Shown here in pieces: positions 8,278 to 14,519 of a stretch of DNA of 28,894 bases. Location of the stretch: positions 1 to 28,894 of the IMG/VR virus record IMGVR_UViG_3300023294_000070. One strand, written 5' to 3'. A program made the translations under genes and the position numbers. Origin of the DNA: a virus (Duplodnaviria > Caudoviricetes). Position 1 is the first letter of the stretch. The number at the start of each line of letters is the position of its first letter. The notes below the pieces were generated by a model. It was given only the letters and a program-made list of their open reading frames with translations, had not been told where the DNA came from and did not search any database.

Positions 8278-9867
8278 ATGAACTGGTATCAACGTTTAAT
8301 GTTGGGTGTTTGCATTCTGATGGATGAAGCCTCAGACGGAACAGAGGGTACGGGCGGTGGTACTGCGGTTGTCGATCCTCCCAAGGGTGGCACGCAGACT
8401 CAGACAAAACCGCCAGCGAATACTGGATTCACCCCTGATCAATTACAGGCGGTGACCCAGACGATTACGCAAGCGGTTCAGGGGGAAGTTAAGACCATCG
8501 CAGACGCTCAGGAAAAGCTGCGAACTGACTTCGGACAGGCTGCCCAGCCACGCGGTAACGGCTCCCAGATGTTCGGTGCCCCCGGCATTCGAACTGGTGA
8601 AGACCCGATGTCAAGTCGTGGATTCCAGACAGCCCGCGCCATGATGATGGTCAAGGGCGAACTGGAACCGGAAAACTGCAAGGTGGAAACCGACCTCAGT
8701 CAGAAGCTTGCTGACTTCTACACCAAGCAGGGTTTTGCACGAGCATCACAGAACTCGATTTTCATTCCGATGGCGTCGTCCGAGATTGCCATGAATGACA
8801 CCAATCTGGCTAACGAGGTCCGGCAGTGCATGGCCGCTGGCGTGCAAGGTGCTGATTTGGGAATGGCCTCTCACATGGCTCAACAGATGGGCTACGAGCA
8901 GGGGCGAGTTAATCAGACCCTGAGTGTGTACGATGACACTGGTGGTGGTATTTGGACCCGTCCTGATCTCGCTACTGAGTTCCTGCCTATGATTCGCAAC
9001 ATGGAAGTCATGAGCCGATTGGGAGCACGCACGTTAACCCTGCCTCCTAACGGGGCGTTTAACATGGGGTCCCAGACCAGCTCCACTGTCGGCTACTGGG
9101 TGGGCGAAAAAGGCACGATCACAGGATCTACCTTTGGAACCGGCCTCAAGTCGATGCGTGCCAAGAAATGTGCTGCAATGGTCACCTATCCGAATGAGTT
9201 CGTGCGGTTCGCTTCGGCGTCCGTTGAAGCATTTATTCGTGCTGACGTGGCTCAAACTTTGGCCCTGTTGGTCGATGATGCTGCACTGGCTGGTGTGGGA
9301 TCGGATATCAAGCCGAAGGGTATCATCAATTACGATATCCAAGACCATACTGCGGGATCGGTCGCAACGGACGGTAATACGTTCGAGCCGGAAGATCCGG
9401 GTTTGATGTTGGCGAAACTGGAAGATTCCAACTTTGACATTGACCGCCTTGGACCGAAGTGGCTCATGCGTGGAACAATGTGGCGTAACCTGCTCAATCG
9501 TCGTGCTGGCTCTGGCTATGCTGCTGATGATGGTAAGGGTGAATGGTTGTTCCAGGCGAATCGTGACGACATCGCCAAAGGTGCTCCATCAATGCTGGAT
9601 GGTCATCAGGTCGTTCGTTCGTCTCAGGTTTCCAACACCCGCGCTAAGGGTTCTGGAACTGACCTGACCTACATTCTGCTGGGGATCTGGCAGAACCTGA
9701 TCATCGGTCGGCATGGGGTTCTCGAGGTCGCAACAGCCGACCAGAACAGTACAAACTTTGAAACAGATCAGCGTTCCATTCGCTTCATTCAGCATGTGGA
9801 CACGTTGGTTACTTACCCTGATTCTTTTGTGATGTGCGACAGCATCGATATGGATCTGCCTGCTTAG
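8278..9867 (+). CDS. Major capsid protein (HK97 fold) with long N-terminal scaffold (delta) domain
   Basis: About 529 aa; DDTGGG, YWVGEKGTI, AKKCAAMV, ALAGVGSDIKPKGIIN, LDGHQVVRSSQV and FETDQRSIR motifs; GGGAG RBS 7 nt before ATG 8278. Confidence 0.95.
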   Translation: MNWYQRLMLGVCILMDEASDGTEGTGGGTAVVDPPKGGTQTQTKPPANTGFTPDQLQAVTQTITQAVQGEVKTIADAQEKLRTDFGQAAQPRGNGSQMFGAPGIRTGEDPMSSRGFQTARAMMMVKGELEPENCKVETDLSQKLADFYTKQGFARASQNSIFIPMASSEIAMNDTNLANEVRQCMAAGVQGADLGMASHMAQQMGYEQGRVNQTLSVYDDTGGGIWTRPDLATEFLPMIRNMEVMSRLGARTLTLPPNGAFNMGSQTSSTVGYWVGEKGTITGSTFGTGLKSMRAKKCAAMVTYPNEFVRFASASVEAFIRADVAQTLALLVDDAALAGVGSDIKPKGIINYDIQDHTAGSVATDGNTFEPEDPGLMLAKLEDSNFDIDRLGPKWLMRGTMWRNLLNRRAGSGYAADDGKGEWLFQANRDDIAKGAPSMLDGHQVVRSSQVSNTRAKGSGTDLTYILLGIWQNLIIGRHGVLEVATADQNSTNFETDQRSIRFIQHVDTLVTYPDSFVMCDSIDMDLPA

Positions 9868-9877
9868 TCCGCTGTGT

Positions 9878-9916
9878 GCTGAGTGTGAGTTCGAGGCCCC
9901 TCTGCTTGCACTCAGC
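9878..9916 (+). promoter_or_regulatory. Stable stem-loop downstream of the capsid gene (mRNA stabiliser, processing site or weak terminator)
   Basis: GCTGAGTGTGAG (9878-9889) pairs with CTTGCACTCAGC (9905-9916), with an inner GAG/CTC stem. No immediate U-run. Confidence 0.55.
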
Positions 9917-9963
9917 CCGGTGGCTTCCAATTGATATTTTATTTTAATTTGAGGAATAGAAAC

Positions 9964-10374
9964 ATGGCTCAATCAGCTTTAATGGATATGCTGTCCAACG
10001 CTCTATACAAGCAGTCTGTTGTCCCCGAAACCTTGCTGGCTGGAACCACTGCCGCCAGCGGTCTGTCTGTCGATTGCGACAACATGATTGGATCGGTACA
10101 CGGTTTATTCTCATGCGGTGAAGCCACTGGGTCACCAGACTCTTTCACGGCAACTTGCACACTGGAAGAGTCCACTACTGGATCTGGAAGCTGGACAAGC
10201 ATTGCGACTCAATCCGCATTGGTGCTTTCTGCGGATAGCACGGAAGGCGTCATTCGCGGTGTGCGTACAAAGCGTTATGTGCGAGCCGTCATGACTCCTG
10301 CATTCGTGAATGGATCGACTCCCAAGCTGCCTGCTACTGCTCAGGTCTGCGGTCAGAAACAGACCGTCAGCTAA
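9964..10374 (+). CDS. Probable capsid decoration/cement protein
   Basis: 136 aa, beta-rich and rich in small residues, KRYVRAV motif, directly after the capsid gene; GAGGA RBS before ATG 9964. Confidence 0.6.
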   Translation: MAQSALMDMLSNALYKQSVVPETLLAGTTAASGLSVDCDNMIGSVHGLFSCGEATGSPDSFTATCTLEESTTGSGSWTSIATQSALVLSADSTEGVIRGVRTKRYVRAVMTPAFVNGSTPKLPATAQVCGQKQTVS

Positions 10375-10401
10375 TCCGGGTTTCGGTTTTTAATAGATTT
10401 T

Positions 10402-10433
10402 GAGCCCGTGGCACATGCTGCGGGCTTATTTTT
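10402..10433 (+). terminator. Intrinsic terminator after the capsid/decoration genes
   Basis: GAGCCCGTGGC-ACAT-GCTGCGGGCTT followed by ATTTTT. Confidence 0.75.
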
Positions 10434-10447
10434 GTAAGGCTAACCCA

Positions 10448-11056
10448 ATGGCTCTGACGACTCTGGTAAAAGTGAAGCTACATCTGGGCATCTCTGGAAC
10501 TGCTCAGGACGATCTACTGAATCAGTTGATCACTGAAGTGGATTCCGTCATCCAGCACTACACAGGCCGCAAGAGCTTTGAGTCCGCATCACGAACCGAA
10601 TACCTGGATGGCAACGGCAAGGACGAACTGTTCCTTGCCCATCGGCCTATAACCAGCGTGACGGGCGTGTGGGTGGATGCTGACGGGTATTTCGGAAAGG
10701 GTACTGATGCTTTCCCGTCTGAATCAGAATGGACCGAAGGGACCGAGTTCGTCCCCGAGTCTGAAGAGGCGAACGAAACGAACGCGTCGATGCTGATTGC
10801 CCTGAATCGCGTCTGGACTGAAGGTCGCGGAAATATCAAGGTCACTTACACGGCAGGTTATGAGACCATCCCGGCTGATCTGGAACTGGCAGCCAATACG
10901 TTAATTGCCTTGACTCGCAAAGGTCGCAAGGAAGGCGGGCCGCTCGCTAGTGAAAAGCTGGATCAATACTCATACACGCTGCTGACCAATACGAATTCCA
11001 ATCTGTACCCGGAAGCCGGCACCGTCCGCTCTATCCTTGCAAGGTATAACCAATGA
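10448..11056 (+). CDS. Head-tail connector (gp6/gp15-like adaptor)
   Basis: MALTTLVKVKLHLGI, DDLLNQLI, IQHYTGR, VTYTAGYETIPADLELA and SEKLDQYSYT motifs. Start chosen at ATG 10448. Confidence 0.88.
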   Translation: MALTTLVKVKLHLGISGTAQDDLLNQLITEVDSVIQHYTGRKSFESASRTEYLDGNGKDELFLAHRPITSVTGVWVDADGYFGKGTDAFPSESEWTEGTEFVPESEEANETNASMLIALNRVWTEGRGNIKVTYTAGYETIPADLELAANTLIALTRKGRKEGGPLASEKLDQYSYTLLTNTNSNLYPEAGTVRSILARYNQ

Positions 11057-11415
11057 GCTTCGAAGACCTGCTGGAACATGAATGCACGATCAAGCTATCG
11101 ACAGTCACCGACTCCTTTGGAGTTGAGACCAAAGGCTGGGCTAATTCTTCAACCGGCAATCTGTGTGCAATCCAGGAGCGGTCGGGCAAAATCGAATCCA
11201 CCAAAGTCGGACAATTCCACGAATATACCGCAGTTGGTTACTTTCTGCCGGATGCCAACCTGAAGCCTCGGGGCGGTGACGACCAGTTTGATCTGATTGT
11301 CTTGACGGCCCCTACTGCGATGTCTGGTTTTACGTACCAGGTGATTCACGTCAGTGATGCCTCTGGGCGTGGGCATCACCTCAAAGCCTACCTGAAGCGG
11401 GTGCCGTCGTCATGA
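11053..11415 (+). CDS. Head closure / stopper protein (gp16-like)
   Basis: 120 aa beta-rich, DSFG and HHLKAYL motifs, ATGA coupling, gene order. Confidence 0.75.
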   Translation: MSFEDLLEHECTIKLSTVTDSFGVETKGWANSSTGNLCAIQERSGKIESTKVGQFHEYTAVGYFLPDANLKPRGGDDQFDLIVLTAPTAMSGFTYQVIHVSDASGRGHHLKAYLKRVPSS

Positions 11416-11984
11416 TTACGTTAGGCCGCGAATTTGAACTGGATCTGAGAGAACTGGAAACCCTGCTCTATCGCTGGAGCAACGAGGCTGAAAAGGAACT
11501 CAAGCAGGCACTGCGAAAGATCGGGGCACGCACGCAGGCAGAGGCCGTCCAGCGGGTGCCTGTTGAAACCAGCAATCTGAAACAGCGGATTCTCTGGAAT
11601 CTCTATCAGCAGGCAGGCGAGTGGTTTGTTGAGATCGGGACCAACGTGATTGATTATCCTGAGTTTCTGGAGTTTGGTACGGAATACATTGCCAGCGGGC
11701 GGGTGAAGCAGTTGGGCGATAATCCGCTACTGACTGACCAACAGGCGGTGCATAACTGGCCAGCCAAGTCGGGCAATGCGACTGAGAAAACATCCGCTCG
11801 GATTGATACGGGCGGTGGTGCAAAAGGCCGATTACGCAATGCCAAAGGCCAGTTTCTCCGCGCACGGCCACAGGAACAGATGCCGTGGTTACGCCCTGCG
11901 TTTAACAAGAATCGAGCATGGGCGATTGCCTTGCTTGATCAGGCTTTAGCTCCTCCCCGTTCTTCGCAAAGGAACATCGCATGA
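11412..11984 (+). CDS. HK97 gp10-like neck/tail component with an internal insertion
   Basis: VPVETSNLKQRI, IGTNV..YPEFLEFGT and PWLRPAF motifs. Confidence 0.85.
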   Translation: MITLGREFELDLRELETLLYRWSNEAEKELKQALRKIGARTQAEAVQRVPVETSNLKQRILWNLYQQAGEWFVEIGTNVIDYPEFLEFGTEYIASGRVKQLGDNPLLTDQQAVHNWPAKSGNATEKTSARIDTGGGAKGRLRNAKGQFLRARPQEQMPWLRPAFNKNRAWAIALLDQALAPPRSSQRNIA

Positions 11985-12178
11985 CCCAGCAATTCGAGGA
12001 CTATCTGGCAAACTCACTGACGAAAGGCTACGCGAATCACAGCCTGAAATACCGCGAGCAGAACGGCAGAATCGAATGTGAGATCGGTCCTGAAGGAGAA
12101 AAACCAGAATTAGTCTTTACATCGCTTGGGTGCGTGATACGAATTCGCACAGAGGATACATCAGATGAGCCTGGATGA
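11981..12178 (+). CDS. Small hypothetical protein
   Basis: 65 aa, AGGA RBS, ATGA overlap, fills the gap in the operon. Confidence 0.6.
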   Translation: MTQQFEDYLANSLTKGYANHSLKYREQNGRIECEIGPEGEKPELVFTSLGCVIRIRTEDTSDEPG

Positions 12179-12608
12179 ACCACAAAAAGCATTATGGACG
12201 GCACTGAATGAAGACAGTGGCCTTGCTGCGTTGATCGGTGCAAACCGCGTCAAACGAGGCTGGCCGAATTCAACACCAGTGTTCCCGTTTGTTTCGCTCC
12301 AGTGGTTCAGTAATACGTCAGTACCAAATGCAACGTATGTGGGTCGCCGCAGGGTGAACTTGCAGATCAATATTTATTCGTTTGATCCGTATTTGAATGA
12401 GCGTATTGAAGGGCGCCTGATCAACAATTATTCGATTCCACTAAAGGAGCCAGCGGGCATTGACTCAACGAACTATTGCATCACCGAGATGCACCAGAGC
12501 GATGATTCTTATCCGCTGGAATTCAAAATTGATGACGAAGATAACTTTATTCACCATCTGGCCAGTTCATGGAGACTGACCATAAAGCCTAAATCTGAAG
12601 GGGTTTAA
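12165..12608 (+). CDS. Tail terminator / tail completion protein (gp17/DUF3168-like)
   Basis: ALWTAL..DSGLAALIGANRV, FPFV and LQINIYS motifs; precedes the tail tube gene. Confidence 0.8.
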   Translation: MSLDEPQKALWTALNEDSGLAALIGANRVKRGWPNSTPVFPFVSLQWFSNTSVPNATYVGRRRVNLQINIYSFDPYLNERIEGRLINNYSIPLKEPAGIDSTNYCITEMHQSDDSYPLEFKIDDEDNFIHHLASSWRLTIKPKSEGV

Positions 12609-12610
12609 TC

Positions 12611-13123
12611 ATGACAAGTGACGTAGACAATGTATTAGGCGGTCCTGGTTATGCGACTCTTGGCGCCACTGCGATTGGCCACACACAGGGCGGCATCTCA
12701 ACAAAGTTCAGTCCTAAGACCAGGCCGGTTACCGTGGATCAATTTGGTTCGACGGCAATGAACTTGCGGCATACTGGCGATGAATGCCGGATGACAATCC
12801 CATTTGCGGAATGGTCTGCTGCTACGCTCAAAGAAGTGTATGCGGCTGGTAATGATGAGACTGGTGGTTCTGGTGCGGCCTATATCGGCATCGGTCGCAG
12901 CGGTGGTTATATCTACACGCCGCAAGCTGCTGAGGTCATTCCGTTCCTGACTGCGGAAGCAGCCAAGAAAGTCTCGTTCAATCGTACCGTCTCGATCGGT
13001 GAATTTGAGATCCCGTTCAACAACGAGGCAGATCGTATCTTCAACGTCGAATTCGAATGTCTTGGCGATGAGTCTGCCGACGATGGCGAACTGATTGGCA
13101 AGATTCATTTTGCTGCTGCGTAA
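12611..13123 (+). CDS. Major tail tube protein
   Basis: NVLGGPG, IGHTQGGI, VDQFG and FNVEFECL motifs; 170 aa; followed by a terminator. Confidence 0.85.
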   Translation: MTSDVDNVLGGPGYATLGATAIGHTQGGISTKFSPKTRPVTVDQFGSTAMNLRHTGDECRMTIPFAEWSAATLKEVYAAGNDETGGSGAAYIGIGRSGGYIYTPQAAEVIPFLTAEAAKKVSFNRTVSIGEFEIPFNNEADRIFNVEFECLGDESADDGELIGKIHFAAA

Positions 13124-13128
13124 TCACC

Positions 13129-13181
13129 GGGCGCCGGGGGCTGTTGTGGATTCCGACACCGCAGCGGCTCCCGCTCTTTTA
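13129..13181 (+). terminator. Intrinsic terminator after the tail tube gene
   Basis: GGGGCTGTTGTGG pairs with CCGCAGCGGCTCC, basal GGGCG/CGCTC stem, followed by TTTTATATTT. Confidence 0.65.
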
Positions 13182-13207
13182 TATTTCATTCGTAGGAACT
13201 TTCAGAC

Positions 13208-13537
13208 ATGTACCCAGAAAAAGCACAAGAGCGAGCTGTGAACCTGGCAAAAGCAGTCAAGCACTTTGCCGATGGAAAGTGTGATTTCAATGCGGTTGAT
13301 CGATCTTACAGAGCACTGCTGCGGTGCTGTGGTGGCAAGGTCGGCGATGATTCGCGACTCACCTACCGAGACCTGCAGGCAGTGGTCAAGTCGGGCAAAG
13401 ACGTTGAACAGGCGGCTAAGGTCTTTGTGCAAGCGTTGGCTCACGAGTTCGAGGCCCTGCACGCTGAGCTTACAAATGCGACAACAAAACAGGCTGCCCC
13501 AGAAACAAAGAAACCGGAGAAACCCGACAGCAAGTAG
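13208..13537 (+). CDS. Hypothetical protein in the tail module
   Basis: 109 aa helical-looking ORF with AGGA RBS; no recognisable motif. Confidence 0.65.
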   Translation: MYPEKAQERAVNLAKAVKHFADGKCDFNAVDRSYRALLRCCGGKVGDDSRLTYRDLQAVVKSGKDVEQAAKVFVQALAHEFEALHAELTNATTKQAAPETKKPEKPDSK

Positions 13538-13590
13538 GTTGTCGGATTTATTTATTTAAAACCTCATTATTAAAAGCGGACTAAACAATT

Positions 13591-14109
13591 ATGAGTGAAA
13601 CTATCAAAGTTCCATTAAGCAATGGAGCAGAACTTGAGATCGGTGAAATGAGCCTGCAAGGCTGGTTTTTGATCAAACGTGAAGTAATGTCTCTGCTGTC
13701 TGACGAAGCCTCTCAGGGCATCCTCAGTGTGATCCTGGGGGAAGTCCAAGGCAGTGATGATGTCAATCTGGATTACACCACATTAGCACCGGCTATCCCG
13801 CGTCTGATCGGTTTGTTTCTGCAAACGATTGATACGAACACGCTCTATCTGGCAGAAGAGTGCTGCGTGGAAGAGCCTGAAGTCTCGCTTGAAAAGATGA
13901 AGCTGCGAGCCAGCGACGGACTGAAACTGCGAGAGGCCGTCATGGGTGCCAATGACTTCATGGAGTTTCTGAGGCTGGAAAAAAACTCACTTATCGCGGC
14001 GATCCCGAAGGAACACCGCGAGTCAATCGAAGGGATCTTTTCTCAGCTTGCTGGCACGTTCAATGGGAATCTGTCCTCGCCAGCGCCTACGGCTGGACCC
14101 CCGGCGTAA
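13591..14109 (+). CDS. Tail assembly chaperone (gpG-like)
   Basis: Acidic 172-aa ORF between tail tube and tape measure; contains the slippery sequence GAA AAA AAC (EKN). Confidence 0.8.
   Translation: MSETIKVPLSNGAELEIGEMSLQGWFLIKREVMSLLSDEASQGILSVILGEVQGSDDVNLDYTTLAPAIPRLIGLFLQTIDTNTLYLAEECCVEEPEVSLEKMKLRASDGLKLREAVMGANDFMEFLRLEKNSLIAAIPKEHRESIEGIFSQLAGTFNGNLSSPAPTAGPPA
13980..14021 (+). promoter_or_regulatory. Programmed -1 ribosomal frameshift signal (A AAA AAC plus downstream stem-loop)
   Basis: Heptamer at 13980-13986 in the correct phase, 7-nt spacer, then hairpin TCGCGG...TCC-CGAA-GGA...CCGCGA (13994-14021). Confidence 0.85.
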
Positions 14110-14519
14110 TCCGGGGGCTGCGAGTCCGAGAATTTTACACACATTACGTCGCAATCAAACGGGAAGAAGCAAACAGAATCAACTGGCAATTTCAGGCTGC
14201 GGCACACATGAAGTGGAAGCCTGAGGATGCCAAGAAGGTTTATTTAGACATCCAGAAGCTGAATAACATCGGCTTCGAATCGCAGTCGGTTTACGAGACG
14301 GTCGCTCATCAGGACCGCATCAACATGATCGGCTCTGCAATTCACGACCAGGGGATTGAATGGATTGAAAAACATCCGAAGGAAGTCGAGTGGCTGAAGT
14401 CTGTTGGCTTAACGCCACAGGAAGCAGAGCAGCAGTTTAAGGATTGGATTACCAATGTCAGGTCAAGTTTCGATCACTCTGAACGACGGCACGGATTCGG
14501 TGGAAATCGCCGGTCCTGA
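13986..14519 (+). CDS. gpT part of the frameshifted tail assembly chaperone gpGT (full product 13591..14519)
   Basis: The -1 frame is open from 13986 into ORF 14208..14519 and contains the gpT-like motif LASAYGWTPGVIRGLRVREF upstream of the first ATG. Confidence 0.85.
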   Translation, partial: LTYRGDPEGTPRVNRRDLFSACWHVQWESVLASAYGWTPGVIRGLRVREFYTHYVAIKREEANRINWQFQAAAHMKWKPEDAKKVYLDIQKLNNIGFESQSVYETVAHQDRINMIGSAIHDQGIEWIEKHPKEVEWLKSVGLTPQEAEQQFKDWITNVRSSFDHSERRHGFGGNRRS

